From NCBI GenBank assembly GCA_964016885.1, contig OZ024743.1, forward strand, positions 139,810,001 to 139,874,000: a stretch of DNA of 64,000 nt, read 5' to 3'. The number at the start of each line of letters is the position of its first letter. Within the stretch, counting starts at the first letter, position 1. A program made the position numbers and the translations under genes. This stretch comes from Eledone cirrhosa (lineage: Eukaryota). This document shows, one piece after another, positions 28,501 to 44,809 of the stretch. Below the pieces are notes generated by a model. It was not told where the DNA came from, did not search any database, and was given only the letters and a program-made list of their open reading frames with translations.

Positions 28501-31500
28501 ACCAAGCACCAAACACCAACCACCAAGCACCAAACACCAAGCACCAAACACCAAGCACCAAGCACCAAGCACCAAACACCAAGCACCAGGCACCAAGCAC
28601 CAAACACCAAGCACCATGCACCAAGCACCAAGCCCCAAACACTTAACACCAAGCACCAAGCACGAAACACCAAGCACCAAAAACCAAACACCAAGCACCA
28701 ACTACTAAACACCAACCACCAAGCACCAAACACCAAGCACCAAGCACCAATCACCAAACACCAAGAACCAAGCACCAAACACCAAGCACCAAGGACCAAG
28801 CAACAGGCACCAAGCACCAAGCACCAAATACAAAACACCAAGCACCAAGCACCAAGCAGCAAACACCAAGCATCAAACACCAAACACCAAACACCAAGCA
28901 CCAAACACCAAGCACCAACCACCAAACACCAAACCCCAAGCACCAAGCACCAAGCACCAAACACCAAACACCAAGCACCAAACACCAAACACCAAGCACC
29001 AAGCACCAAACACCAAACAACAAGCACCAGGCACCAAGCACCAAACACCAAACACCAAGCACGCAGCATCAAACACCAAACACCAAACACCAAACACCAA
29101 GCACCAAACACCAGCCCCCAAGCACCAATCACCAAACACCAAACACCAAGCACTAAGCACCAAACACCAAACAACAAGCAGCAGGCACCAAGCACCAAGC
29201 ACCAAGCACCAAACACCAAGCAGCAAGCAGCAAGCACCAAACACCAAGCACCAAGCACCAAGCACCAAGCACCAAACACCAAGCCCCAAGCACCAAACAG
29301 CAAGCACCAAACACCAAGCACCAACACCAAGCACCAAACACCAAACACATAGCACCAAGCACCAAACACCAAAGACCAAGCACCAAGCACCAAACACCAA
29401 GCACCAAGCACCAAGCCCCTAGCACCAAACACCAAACACCAAGCAAAAAGCACAAAACACCAAGCACCAATCACCAAACACCAAACACCAAGCAGCAAGC
29501 AGGAAGCACCAAACACCAAACACCAAGCACCAAGCACCAAATACCAAACACCAAGCACCAGGGACCAAACATCAAACACTAAGCACCAAGCACCAAACGC
29601 CTAACACCAAGCACCAAGCACCAAGCACCAAGCACGAAACACCAAGCACCAATCACCAAACACCAAGCACCAAGCACCAAACACCAAGCACCAGGCACCA
29701 AGCACCAAAAACCAAGCACCAAGCACCAAACACCAAGCACCAAACACAAAGCACCAAGCACCAAACACCAAACCCCAAGCACCAAACACCAAACCTCAAG
29801 CACCAAGCACCAAACACTAATCACCAAGCACCAAGCACCAAACAACAAGCACAAAGCACCAAGCACCAGGCACCAAGCACCAAGCACCAAACACTAATCA
29901 CCAAGCACCAAGCTCCAAGCACCACACAATAAGCACCAAGCACCAAGCACCAAACACCAAGCACCAAGCACCAAACACCAAACACCAAGCACCAAGCACC
30001 AAACACCAAACAACAAGCACCAGGCACCAAGCACCAAACACCAAACACCAAGCACCAAGCACCAAACACCAAACACCAAGCACGCAGCATCAAACACCAA
30101 GCACCAAGCACCAAGCACCAAACACCTAGCACCAAGCACCAAACACCAAGCACCAAAAACAAAGCACCAAGCACCAAACACCAAGCACCAAGCACCAAAC
30201 ACCAAGCACCAAGCACCAAACACCAAACCACAAGCACCAAACACCAAACACCAAACCCCAAGCACCAAGCACCAAACACTAATCACCAAGCACCAAGCAC
30301 CAAACAACAAGCACCAAGCACCAAGCACCAGGCACCAAGCACCAAGCACCAAACACTAATCACCAAGCACCAAGCACCAAGCACCAAACACCAAGCACCA
30401 AGCACCAAGCACCAAACACCAAGCACCAAGCACCAAACACCAAACACCAAGATCCAAAGACCGAGCACCAAGCACCAAGCACCAAGCACCAAACAATAAG
30501 CACCAAGCACCAAACACCAAGCACCAAGCACCAAACACCAACCACCCAGCACCAAGCACCAAGCACCAAACACCAAGCACCAAACACCAAACACCAAGCA
30601 CCAAGCACCAAGCACCAAGCACCAAACACCAAGCACCAAGCACTAAGCACCAAACACCAAGCCCCAAGCACCAAGCACCAAAGACCAAACACCAAGCACC
30701 AAGCACCAAACACCAAGCACCAAGCACCAAGCACCTAGCACCAAACACCAAGCAGCAAGCAGCAAGCACCAAACACCAAACACCAAACACCAAGCACCAA
30801 ACACCAAGCACCAAGGACCAAACATCAAACACCAAGCACCAAGCACCAAACACCTAACACCAAGCACCAAGCACCAAGCACCAAGCACCGAACACCAAGC
30901 ACCAAACACCAAGCACCAAACACCAAGCACCAGGCACCAAGCACCAAACACCAAGCACCATGCACCAAGCACCAAGCCCCAAACACTTAACACCAAGCAC
31001 CAAGCACCAAACACCAATCACCAAAAACCAAACACCAAGCACCAAGTACCAAACACCAAGCACCAAGCACCAAACAACAAGCACCAAGCACCAATCACCA
31101 AACACCAAGCACCAAGCACCAAGCACCAAACACCAAGCACCAAGCACCAAACACCAAGCACCAAGCACCAAACACCAAACCACAAGCACCAAACACCAAA
31201 CACCAAACCCCAAGCACCAAGCACCAAACACTAATCACCAAGCACCAAGCACCAAACAACAAGCACCAAGCACCAAGCACCAAACACCAAGCACCAAGCA
31301 CCAAACACCAAACACCAAGATCCAAAGACCGAGCACCAAGCACCAAGCACCAAGCACCAAACAATAAGCACCAAGCACCAAACACCAAGCACCAAGCACC
31401 AAACACCAACCACCCAGCACCAAGCACCAAGCACCAAACACCAAGCACCAAACACCAAACACCAAGCACCAAGCACGAAGCACGAAGCACCAAACACCAA

Positions 31501-31679
31501 GCACCAAGCACTAAGCACCAAACACCAAGCCCCAAGCACCAAGCACCAAACACCAAACACCAAGCACCAAGCACCAAACACCAAGCACCAAGCACCAAGC
31601 ACCTAGCACCAAACACCAAGCAGCAAGCAGCAAGCACCAAAGACCAAACACCAAGCACCAAGCACCAAACACCAAGCAC

Positions 31680-34500
31680 CAAGGACCAAACATCAAACAC
31701 CAAGCACCAAGCACCAAACACCAAACACCAAGCACCAAGCACCAAGCACCAAGCACCGAACACCAAGCACCAAACACCAAGCACCAAACACCAATCACCA
31801 AGCACCAAACACCAAGCACCAAACAACAAGCACCAAGCACCAAGCACCAAACACCAAGCACCAGGCACCAAGCACCAAACACCAAGCACCATGCACCAAG
31901 CAACAAGCCCCAAACACTTAACACCAAGCACCAAGCACGAAACACCAAGCACCAAAAACCAAACACCAAGCACCAACTACTAAACACCAAGCACCAAGCA
32001 CCAAACACCAAGCACCAAGCACCAATCACCAAACACCAAGAACCAAGCACCAAACACCAAGCACCAAGGACCAAGCAACAGGCACCAAGCACCAAGCACC
32101 AAACACAAAACACCAAGCACCAAGCACCAAGCAGCAAACACCAAGCATCAAACACCAAACACCAAACACCAAGCACCAAACACCAAGCACCAACCACCAA
32201 ACACCAAACCCCAAGCACCAAGCACCAAGCACCAAACACCAAACACCAAGCACCAAACACCAAACACCAAGCACCAAGCACCAAACACCAAACAACAAGC
32301 ACCAGGCACCAAGAAACAAACACCAAACACCAAGCAAACAGCATCAAAGACCAAGCACCAAGCACCAAACACCAAACACCAAGCACCAAACACCAGCCCC
32401 CAAGCACCAATCACCAAACACCAAACACCAAGCACTAAGCACCAAACACCAAACAACAAGCAGCAGGCACCAAGCACCAAGCACCAAGCACCAAACACCA
32501 AGCACCAAGCACTAAGCACCAAACACCAAGCACCAAGCACCAAGCACCAAGCACCAAGCACCAAACACCAAGCACCAAGCACCAAACAGCAAGCACCAAA
32601 CACCAAGCACCAAACACCAAGCACCAAACACCAAACACATAGCACCAAGCACCAAACACCAAACACCAAGCACCAAGCACCAAACACCAAGCACCAAGCA
32701 CCAAGCCCCTAGCACCAAACACCAAACACCAAGCAAAAAGCACAAAACACCAAGCACCAATCACCAAACACCAAACACCAAGCAGCAAGCAGCAAGCACC
32801 AAACACCAAACACCAAGCACCAAGCACCAAATACCAAACACCAAGCACCAAGGACCAAACATCAAACACCAAGCACCAAGCACCAAACGCCTAACACCAA
32901 GCACCAAGCACCAAGCACCAAGCACCAAACACCAAGCACCAATCACCAAACACCAAGCACCAAGCACCAAACACCAAACCACAAGCACCAAACACCAAAC
33001 ACCAAACCCCAAGCACCAAGCACCAAACACTAATCACCAAGCACCAAGCACCAAACAACAAGCACCAAGCACCAAGCACCAGGCACCAAGCACCAAGCAC
33101 CAAACACTAATCACCAAGCACCAAGCACCAAGCACCAAACACCAAGCACCAAGCACCAAGCACCAAACACCAAGCACCAAGCACCAAACACCTAGCACCA
33201 AACACCAAGCAGCAAGCAGCAAGCACCAAAGACCAAACACCAAGCACCAAGGACCAAACATCAAACACCAAGCACCAAGCACCAAACACCTAACACCAAG
33301 CACCAAGCACCAAGCACCAAGCACCGAACACCAAGCACCAAACACCAAGCACCAAACACCAAGCACCAAGCACCAAACACCAAGCACCAAACAACAAGCA
33401 CCAAGCACCAAGCACCAAACACCAAGCACCAGGCACCAAGCACCAAACACCAAGCACCATGCACCAAGCACCAAGCCCCAAACACTTAACACCAAGCACC
33501 AAGCACGAAACACCAAGCACCAAAAACCAAACACCAAGCACCAACTACTAAACACCAAGCACCAAGCACCAAACACCAAGCACCAAGCACCAATCACCAA
33601 ACACCAAGAACCAAGCACTAAACACCAAGCACCAAGGACCAAGCAACAGGCACCAAGCACCAAGCACCAAACACAAAACACCAAGCACCAAGCACCAAGC
33701 AGCAAACACCAAGCATCAAACACCAAACACCAAACACCAAGCACCAAACACCAAGCACCAACCACCAAACACCAAACCCCAAGCACCAAGCACCAAGCAC
33801 CAAACACCAAACACCAAGCACCAAACACCAAACACCAAGCACCAAGCACCAAACACCAAACAACAAGCACCAGGCACCAAGCACCAAACACCAAACACCA
33901 AGCAAACAGCATCAAAGACCAAGCACCAAGCACCAAACACCAAACACCAAGCACCAAACACCAGCCCCCAAGCACCAATCACCAAACACCAAACACCAAA
34001 CAACAAGCAGCAGGCACCAAGCACCAAGCACCAAGCACCAAACACCAAGCACCAAGCAGCAAGCACCAAACACCAAGCACCAAGCACCAAGCACCAAGCA
34101 CCAAGCACCAAACACCAAGCACCAAGCACCAAACAGCAAGCACCAAACACCAAGCACCAAACACCAAGCACCAAACAACAAACACATAGCACCAAGCACC
34201 AAACACCAAACACCAAGCACCAAGCACCAAACACCAAGCACCAAGCACCAAGCCCCTAGCACCAAACACAAAACACCAAGCAAAAAGCACAAAACACCAA
34301 GCACCAATCACCAAACACCAAACACCAAGCAGCAAGCAGCAAGCACCAAACACCAAACACCAAGCACCAAGCACCAAATACCAAACACCAAGCACCAAGG
34401 ACCAAACATCAAACACCAAGCACCAAGCACCAAACGCCTAACACCAAGCACCAAGCACCAAGCACCAAGCACCAAGCACCAAACACCAAGCACCAATCAC
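31680..34500. repeat. About 1568-bp (224-monomer) duplication
   Basis: GGACCAAACATC at 31683 and 33251. ORF boundaries 32148/33716, 32337/33905 and 32410/33978 are offset by 1568. Confidence 0.82.
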
Positions 34501-37500
34501 CAAACACCAAGCACCAAGCACCAAACACCAAGCACCAGGCACCAAGCACCAAAAACCAAGCACCAAGCACCAAACACCAAGCACCAAACACAAAGCACCA
34601 AGCACAAAACACCAAACCCCAAGCACCAAACACCAAACCTCAAGCACCAAGCACCAAACACTAATCACCAAGCACCAAGCACCAAACAACAAGCACAAAG
34701 CACCAAGCACCAGGCACCAAGCACCAAGCACCAGACACTAATCACCAAGCACCAAGCACCAAGCACCACACAATAAGCACCAAGCACCAAACACCAAGCA
34801 CCAAGCACCAAACACCAACCACCCAGCACCAAGCACCAAACACCAAGCACCAAACACCAAACACCAAACACCAACCACCAAGCACTAAGCACCAAACACC
34901 AAGCACCAAGCACTAAGCACCAAACACCAAGCCCCAAGCACCAAGCACCAAATACCAAACACCAAGTACCAAGCACCAAACACCAAGCACCAAGCACCAA
35001 GCACCTAGCACCAAACACCAAACACCAAGCACCAAGCACCAAACACCAAGCACCAATCACCAAGCACCAAACACCAAGCAGCAAGCAGCAAGCACCAAAC
35101 ACCAAGCACCAAGAACCAAGCACCAAGCACCAAGCACCGAACACCAAGCACATTACACAAAGCACCAAACACCAAGCACCAAGTACCAAACACCAAGCAC
35201 CAAACACCAAGCACCAAGAACCAAGCAGCAAACACCAAGCACCAAGCACCAAGCACCAAACAGCAAGCACCATGCACCAAGCACCAAGCCCCAAACACTT
35301 AACACCAAGCACTAAGCACCAAGCACCAAACTCCAATCACCAAAAACCAAACACCAAGCTCCAAGCACCAAACACCAAGCACCAAGCACCAAGCACCAGG
35401 CACCAAGCACCAAGCACCAAACACAAAACACCAAGCACCAAGCACCAAGCAGCAAACACCAAGCATCAAACACCAAACACCAAACACCAAGCACCAAACA
35501 CCAAGCACCAAGCACCAAACACCAAACACCAAGCACCAAGCACCAAGCACCAAACACCAAGCACCAAACACCAAACACCAAACACCAGCACCAAGCACCA
35601 AGCACCAAACACCAAGCACCAAGCACTAAGCACCAAACACCAAGCCCCAAGCACCAAGCACCAAATACCAAACACCAAGTACCAAGCACCAAACACCAAG
35701 CACCAAGCACCAAGCACCTAGCACCAAACACCAAACACCAAGCACCAAGCACCAAACACCAAGCACCAATCACCAAGCACCAAACACCAAGCAGCAAGCA
35801 GCAAGCACCAAACACCAAGCACCAAGCACCAAACACCTAACACCAAGCACCAAGCACCAAGCACCAAGCACCGAACACCAAGCACATAACACCAAGCACC
35901 AAACACCAAGAAACAAGCACCAAACACCAAGCACCAAACACCAAGCACCAAGAACCAAGCACCAAACACCAAGCACCAGGCACCAAGCACCAAACACCAA
36001 GCACCATGCACCAAGCACCAAGCCCCAAACACTTAACACCAAGCACCAAGCACCAAACACCAATCACCAAAAACCAAACACCAAGCACCAAGTACCAAAC
36101 ACCAAGCACCAAGCACCAAACAACAAGCACCAAGCACCAATCACCAAACACCAAGAACCAAGCACCAAACACCAAGCACCAAGCACCAAGCACCAGGCAC
36201 CAAGCACCAAGCACCAAACACAAAACACCAAGCACCAAGCACCAAGCAGCAAACACCAAGCATCAAACACCAAACACCAAACACCAAGCACCAAACACCA
36301 AGCACCAAGCACCAAACACGAAACACCAAGCACCAAGCACCAAGCACCAAACACCAAACACCAAGCACCAAACACCAGATACCAAGCACCAAGCACCAAA
36401 CACCAAACACCAAGCACCAAGCACCAAACACCAAACAACAAGCACCAGGCACCAAGCACCAAACACCAAACACCAAGCACCAAGCCCCAAACACCAAACA
36501 CCAAGCACGCAGCATCAAACACCAAGCACCAAGCACCAAGCACCAAACACCAAGCACCAAGCACTAAACACCAAGCACCAAACACAAAGCACCAAGCACC
36601 AAACACCAAGCACCAAGCACCAAACACCAAGCACCAAGTACCAATCACCAAACCACAAGCACCAAACACCAAACACCAAACCCCAAGCACCAAGCACCAA
36701 ACACTAATCACCAAGCACCAAGCACCAAACAACAAGCACCAAGCACCAAGCACCAGGCACCAAGCACCAAGCACCAAACACTAATCACCAAGCACCAAGC
36801 ACCAAGCACCAAACACCAAGCACCAAGCACCAAGCACCAAACACCAAGCACCAAGCACCAAACACTAAACACCAAGATCCAAAGACCGAGCACCAAGCAC
36901 CAAGCACCAAGCACCAAACAATAAGCACCAAGCACCAAACACCAAGCACCAAGCACCAAACACCAACCACCCAGCACCAAGCATCAAGCACCAAACACCA
37001 AGCACCAAACACCAAACACCAAGCACCAAGCACCAAGCACCAAGCACCAAACACCAAGCACCAAGCACTAAGCACCAAACACCAAGCCCCAAGCACCAAG
37101 CACCAAACACCAAACACCAAGCACCAAGCACCAAACACCAAGCACCAAGCACCAAGCACCTAGCACCAAACACCAAGCAGCAAGCAGCAAGCACCAAAGA
37201 CCAAACACCAAGCACCAAGCACCAAACACCAAGCACCAAGGACCAAACATCAAACACCAAGCACCAAGCACCAAACACCTAACACCAAGCACCAAGCACC
37301 AAGCACCAAGCACCGAACACCAAGCACCAAACACCAAGCACCAAACACCAAGCACCAAGCACCAAACACCAAGCACCAAACAACAAGCACCAAGCACCAA
37401 GCACCAAACACCAAGCACCAAAAACCAAACACCAAGCACCAACTACTAAACACCAAGCACCAAGCACCAAACACCAAGCACCAAGCACCAATCACCAAAC

Positions 37501-37679
37501 ACCAAGAACCAAGCACCAAACACCAAGCACCAAGGACCAAGCAACAGGCACCAAGCACCAGGCACCAAACACAAAACACCAAGCACCAAGCACCAAGCAG
37601 CAAACACCAAGCATCAACCACCAAACACCAAACACCAAGCACCAAACACCAAGCACCAACCACCAAACACCAAACCCCA

Positions 37680-40600
37680 AGCACCAAGCACCAAGCACCA
37701 AACACCAAACACCAAGCACCAAACACCAAACACCAAGCACCAAGCACCAAACACCAAACAACAAGCACCAGGCACCAAGCACCAAACACCAAACACCAAG
37801 CAAACAGCATCAAAGACCAAGCACCAAGCACCAAACACCAAACACCAAGCACCAAACACCAGCCCCCAAGCACCATTCACCAAACACCAAACACCAAGCA
37901 CTAAGCACCAAACACCAAACAACAAGCAGCAGGCACCAAGCACCAAGCACCAAGCACCAAACACCAAGCACCAAGCAGCAAGCACTAAACACCAAGCACC
38001 AAGCACCAAGCACCAAGCACCAAGCACCAAACACCAAGCACCAAGCACCAAACAGCAAGCACCAAACACCAAGCACCAAACACCAAGCACCAAACACCAA
38101 GCACCAAACACCAAACACATAGCACCAAGCACCAAACACCAAACACCAAGCACCGAGCACCAAACACCAAGCACCAAGCACCAAGCCCCTAGCACCAAAC
38201 ACAAAACACCAAGCAAAAAGCACAAAACACCAAGCACCAAACACCAAACACCAAACACCAAGCAGCAAGCAGCAAGCACCAAACACCAAACACCAAGCAC
38301 CAAGCACCAAATACCAAACACCAAGCACCAAGGACCAAACATCAAACACCAAGCACCAAGCACCAAACGCCTAACACCAAACACCAAGCACCAAGCACCA
38401 AGCACCAAGCACCAAACACCAAGCACCAATCACCAAACACCAAGCACCAAGCACCAAACACCAAGCACCAGGCACCAAGCACCAAAAACCAAGCACCAAG
38501 CACCAAACACCAAGCACCAAACACAAAGCACCAAGCACCAAACACCAAACCCCAAGCACCAAACACCAAACCTCAAGCACCAAGCACCAAACACTAATCA
38601 CCAAGCACCAAGCACCAAACAACAAGCACAAAGCACCAAGCACCAGGCACCAAGCACCAAGCACCAAACACTAATCACCAAGCACCAAGCACCAAGCACC
38701 ACACAATAAGCACCAAGCACCAAACACCAAGCACCAAGCACCAAACACCAACCACCCAGCACCAAGCACCAAACACCAAGCACCAAACACCAAACACCAA
38801 ACACCAACCACCAAGCACTAAGCACCAAACACCAAGCACCAAGCACTAAGCACCAAACACCAAGCCCCAAGGACCAAGCACCAAATACCAAACACCAAGT
38901 ACCAAGCACCAAACACCAAGCACCAAGCACCAAGCACCTAGCACCAAACACCAAACACCAAGCACCAAGCACCAAACACCAAGCACCAATCACCAAGCAC
39001 CAAACACCAAGCAGCAAGCAGCAAGCACCAAACACCAAACACCAAGAACCAAGCACCGAGCACCAAGCACCGAACACCAAGCACATTACACAAAGCACCA
39101 AACACCAAGCACCAAGTACCAAACACCAAGCACCAAGAACCAAGCAACAAACACCAAGCACCAGACACCAAGCACCAAACACCAAGCACCATGCACCAAG
39201 CACCAAGCCCCAAACACTTAACACCAAGCACCAAGCACCAAGCACCAAACTCCAATCACCAAAAACCAAACACCAAGCACCAAGTACCAAACACCAAGCA
39301 CCAAGCACCAAACACCAAGCACCAAGCACCAATCACCAAATACCAAGAACCAAGCACCAAACACCAAGCACCAAGCACCAAGCACCAGGCACCAAGCACC
39401 AAGCACCAAACACAAAACACCAAGCACCAAGCACCAAGCAGCAAACACCAAGCATCAAACACCAAACACCAAACACCAAGCACCAAACACCAAGCACCAA
39501 GCACCAAACACCAAACACCAAGCACCAAGCACCAAGCACCAAACACCAAACACCAAGCACCAAACATCAGATACCAAGCACCAAGCACCAAACACCAAAC
39601 ACCAAGCATCAAGCACCAAACACCAAACAACAAGCACCAGGCACCAAGCACCAAACACCAAACACCAAGCACCAAGCACCAAACAACAAACACCAAGCAT
39701 GCAGCATCAAACACCAAGCACCAAGCACCAAGCACCAAACACCAAGCACCAAGCACCAAACGCCAACCACCAAACACAAAGCACCAAGCACCAAACACCA
39801 AGTACCAAGCACCAAACACCAAGCACCAAGCACAAACACCAAACCACAAGCACCAAACACCAAACCCCAAGCACCAAGCACCAAACACTAATCACCAAGC
39901 ACCAAGCACCAAACAACAAGCACCAAGCACCAAGCACCAGGCACCAAGCACCAAGCACCAAACACTAATCACCAAGCACCAAGCACCAAGCACCAAGCAC
40001 CAAACACCAAACACCAAGCACCAAGCACCAAACACCAAGCACCAAGGACCAAACATCAAACACCAAGCACCAAGCACCAAACACCTAACACCAAGCACCA
40101 AGCACCAAGCACCAAGCACCGAACACCAAGCACATAACACCAAGCACCAAACACCAAGAAACAAGCACCAGACACGAAGCACCAGGCACCAAGCACCAAA
40201 CACCAAGCACCATGCACCAAGCACCAAGCCCCAAACACTTAACACCAAGCACCAAGCACCAAACACCAAGCACCAAGCACTAAACACCAATCACCAAACA
40301 CAAAGCACCAAGCACCAAACACCAAGCACCAAGCACCAAACACCAAGCACCAAGCACCAAGCACCAAACACTAATCACCAAGCACCAAGCACCAAACAAC
40401 AAGCACCAAGCACCAAGCACCAGGCACCAAGCACCAAGCACCAAACACTAATCACCAAGCACCAAGCACCAAGCACCAAACACCAAGCACCAAGCACCAA
40501 GCACCAAACACCAAGCACCAAGCACCAAACACCAAACACCAAGATCCAAGGACCGAGCACCAAGCACCAAGCACCAAGCACCAAACAATAAGCACCAAGC

Positions 40601-43600
40601 ACCAAACACCAAGCACCAAGCACCAAACACCAACCACCCAGCACCAAGCACCAAGCACCAAACACCAAGCACCAAACACCAAACACCAAGCACCAAGCAC
40701 CAAGCACGAAGCACCAAACACCAAGCACCAAGCACTAAGCACCAAACACCAAGCCCCAAGCACCAAGCACCAAACACCAAACACCAAGCACCAAGCACCA
40801 AACACCAAGCACCATGCACCAAGCACCTAGCACCAAACACCAAGCAGCAAGCAGCAAGCACCAAAGACCAAACACCAAGCACCAAGCACCAAACACGAAA
40901 CACCAAGGACCAAACATCAAACACCAAGCACCAACCACCAAACACCAAGCACCAAACACCAAGCACCAAACACCAAGCACCAAGCACCAAACACCAAGCA
41001 CCAAACAACAAGCACCAAGCACCAAGCACCAAACACCAAGCACCAGGCACCAAGCACCAAACACCAAGCACCATGCACCAAGCACCAAGCCCCAAACACT
41101 TAACACCAAGCACCAAGCACGAAACACCAAGCACCAAAAACCAAACACCAAGCACCAACAACTAAACACCAAGCACCAAGCACCAAACACCAAGCACCAA
41201 GCACCAATCACCAAACACCAAGAACCAAGCACCAAACACCAAGCACCAAGGACCAAGCAACAGGCATCAAGCACCAAGCACCAAACACAAAACACCAAGC
41301 ACCAAGCACCAAGCAGCAAACACCAAGCATCAAACACCAAACACCAAACACCAAGCACCAAACACCAAGCACCAACCACCAAACACCAAATCCCAAGCAC
41401 CAAGCACCAAGCACCAAACACCAAACACCAAGCACCAAACACCAAACACCAAGCACCAAGCACCAAACACCAAACAACAAGCACCAGGCACCAAGCACCA
41501 AACACCAAACACCAAGCAAACAGCATCAAAGACCAAGCACCAAGCACCAAACACCAAACACCAAGCACCAAACACCAGCCCCCAAGCACCAATCACCAAA
41601 CACCAAACACCAAGCACTAAGCACCAAACACCAAACAACAAGCAGCAGGCACCAAACACCAAGCACCAAACACCAAGCACCAAGAACCAAGCAGCAAACA
41701 CCAAGCACCAGGCACCAAGCACCAAACACCAAGCACCATGCACCAAGCACCAAGCCCCAAACACTTAACACCAAGCACCAAGCACCAAGCACCAAACTCC
41801 AATCACCAAAAACCAAACACCAAGCACCAAGTACCAAACACCAAGCACCAAGCACCAAACACCAAGCACCAAGCACCAATCACCAAATACCAAGAACCAA
41901 GCACCAAACCCCAAGCACCAAGCACCAAGCACCAAACACCAAACACCAAGCACCAAACACCAAACACCAAGCACCAAGCACCAAACACCAAACAACAAGC
42001 ACCAGGCACCAAGCACCAGACACCAAACACCAAGCAAACAGCATCAAAGACCAAGCACCAAGCACCAAACACCAAACACCAAGCACCAAACACCAGCCCC
42101 CAAGCACCAATCACCAAACACCAAACACCAAGCACTAAGCACCAAACACCAAACAACAAGCAGCAGGCACCAAGCACCAAGCACCAAGCACCAAACACCA
42201 AGCACCAAGCAGCAAGCACTAAACACCAAGCACCAAGCACCAAGCACCAAGCACCAAGCACCAAACACCAAGCACCAAGCACCAAACAGCAAGCACCAAA
42301 CACCAAGCACCAAACACCAAGCACCAAACACCAAACACATAGCACCAAGCACCAAACACCAAACACCATGCACCAAGCACCAAACACCAAGCACCAAGCA
42401 CCAAGCCCCTAGCACCAAACACAAAACACCAAGCAAAAAGCACAAAACACCAAGCACCAATCACCAAACACCAAACACCAGGCAGCAAGCAGCAAGCACC
42501 AAACACCAAACACCAAGCACCAAGAACCAAATACCAAACACCAAGCACCAAGGACCAAACATCAAACACCAAGCACCAAGCACCAAACGCCTAACACCAA
42601 GCACCAAGCACCAAGCACCAAGCACCAAGCACCAAACACCAAGCACCAATCACCAAACACCAAGCACCAAGCACCAAACACCAAGCACCAGGCACCAAGC
42701 ACCAAAAACCAAGCACCAAGCACCAAACACCAAGCACCAAACACAAAGCACCAAGCACCAAACACCAAACCCCAAGCACCAAACACCAAACCTCAAGCAC
42801 CAAGCACCAAACACTAATCACCAAGCACCAAGCACCAAACAACAAGCACAAAGCACCAAGCACCAGGCACCAAGCACCAAGCACCAAACACTAATCACCA
42901 AGCACCAAGCACCAAGCACCACACAATAAGCACCAAGCACCAAACACCAAGCACCAAGCACCAAACACCAAGCACCCAGCACCAAGCACCAAACACCAAG
43001 CACCAAACACCAAACACCAAACACCAACCACCAAGCACTAAGCACCAAACACCAAGCACCAAGCACTAAGCACCAAACACCAAGCCCCAAGGACCAAGCA
43101 CCAAATACCAAACACCAAGTACCAAGCACCAAACACCAAGCACCAAGCACCAAGCACCTAGCACCAAACACCAAACACCAAGCACCAAGCACCAAACACC
43201 AAGCACCAATCACCAAGCACCAAACACCAAGCAGCAAGCAGCAAGCACCAAACACCAAACACCAAGAACCAAGCACCGAGCACCAAGCACCGAACACCAA
43301 GCACATTACACAAAGCACCAAACACCAAGCACCAAGTACCAAACACCAAGCACCAAACACCAAGCACCAAGAACCAAGCAGCAAACACCAAGCACCAGGC
43401 ACCAAGCACCAAACACCAAGCACCATGCACCAAGCACCAAGCCCCAAACACTTAACACCAAGCACCAAGCACCAAGCACCAAACTCCAATCACCAAAAAC
43501 CAAACACCAAGCACCAAGTACCAAACACCAAGCACCAAGCACCAAACAACAAGCACCAAGCACCAATCACCAAATACCAAGAACCAAGCACCAAACACCA

Positions 43601-44520
43601 AGCACCAAGCACCAAGCACCAGGCACCAAGCACCAAGCACCAAACACAAAACACCAAGCACCAAGCACCAAGCAGCAAACACCAAGCATCAAACACCAAA
43701 CACCAAACACCAAGCACCAAACACCAAGCACCAAGCACCAAACACCAAACACCAAGCACCAAGCACCAAGCACCAAACACCAAACACCAAGCACCAAACA
43801 TCAGATACCAAGCACCAAGCACCAAACACCAAACACCAAGCATCAAGCACCAAACACCAAACAACAAGCACCAGGCACCAAGCACCAAACACCAAACACC
43901 AAGCACCAAGCACCAAACAACAAACACCAAGCATGCAGCATCAAACACCAAGCACCAAGCACCAAGCACCAAACACCAAGCACCAAGCACCAAACGCCAA
44001 CCACCAAACACAAAGCACCAAGCACCAAACACCAAGTACCAAGCACCAAACACCAAGCACCAAGCACAAACACCAAACCACAAGCACCAAACACCAAACC
44101 CCAAGCACCAAGCACCAAACACTAATCACCAAGCACCAAGCACCAAACAACAAGCACCAAGCACCAAGCACCAGGCACCAAGCACCAAGCACCAAACACT
44201 AATCACCAAGCACCAAGCACCAAGCACCAAACACCAAGCAGCAAGCAGCAAGCATCAAACACCAAACACCAAGCACCAAGCACCAAACACCAAGCACCAA
44301 GGACCAAACATCAAACACCAAGCACCAAGCACCAAACACCTAACACCAAGCACCAAGCACCAAGCACCAAGCACCGAACACCAAGCACATAACACCAAGC
44401 ACCAAACACCAAGAAACAAGCACCAGACACGAAGCACCAGGCACCAAGCACCAAACACCAAGCACGATGCACCAAGCACCAAGCCCCAAACACTTAACAC
44501 CAAGCACCAAGCACCAAACA
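37680..44520. repeat. Duplicated block of about 2.6 kb at 4220-4234 bp offset (about 37680-40260 vs about 41910-44520)
   Basis: ORF pairs 38342/42562 and 38371/42591 (4220); 39256..39888/43490..44122 and 39699/43933 (4234). Shared private CCCCAAG-GACCAAG and CGCCAAC variants. Confidence 0.87.
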
Positions 44521-44809
44521 CCAATCACCAAAAACCAAACACCAAGCACCAAGTACCAAACACCAAGCACCAAGCACCAAACAACAAGCACCAAGCACCA
44601 ATCACCAAACACCAAGAACCAAGCACCAAACACCAAGCACCAAGCACCAAGCACCAGGCACCAAGCACCAAGCACCAAACACAAAACACCAAGCACCAAG
44701 CACCAAGCAGCAAACACCAAGCATCAAACACCAAACACCAAACACCAAGCACCAAACACCAAGCACCAAGCACGAAACACGAAACACCAAGCACCAAGCA
44801 CCAAGCACC

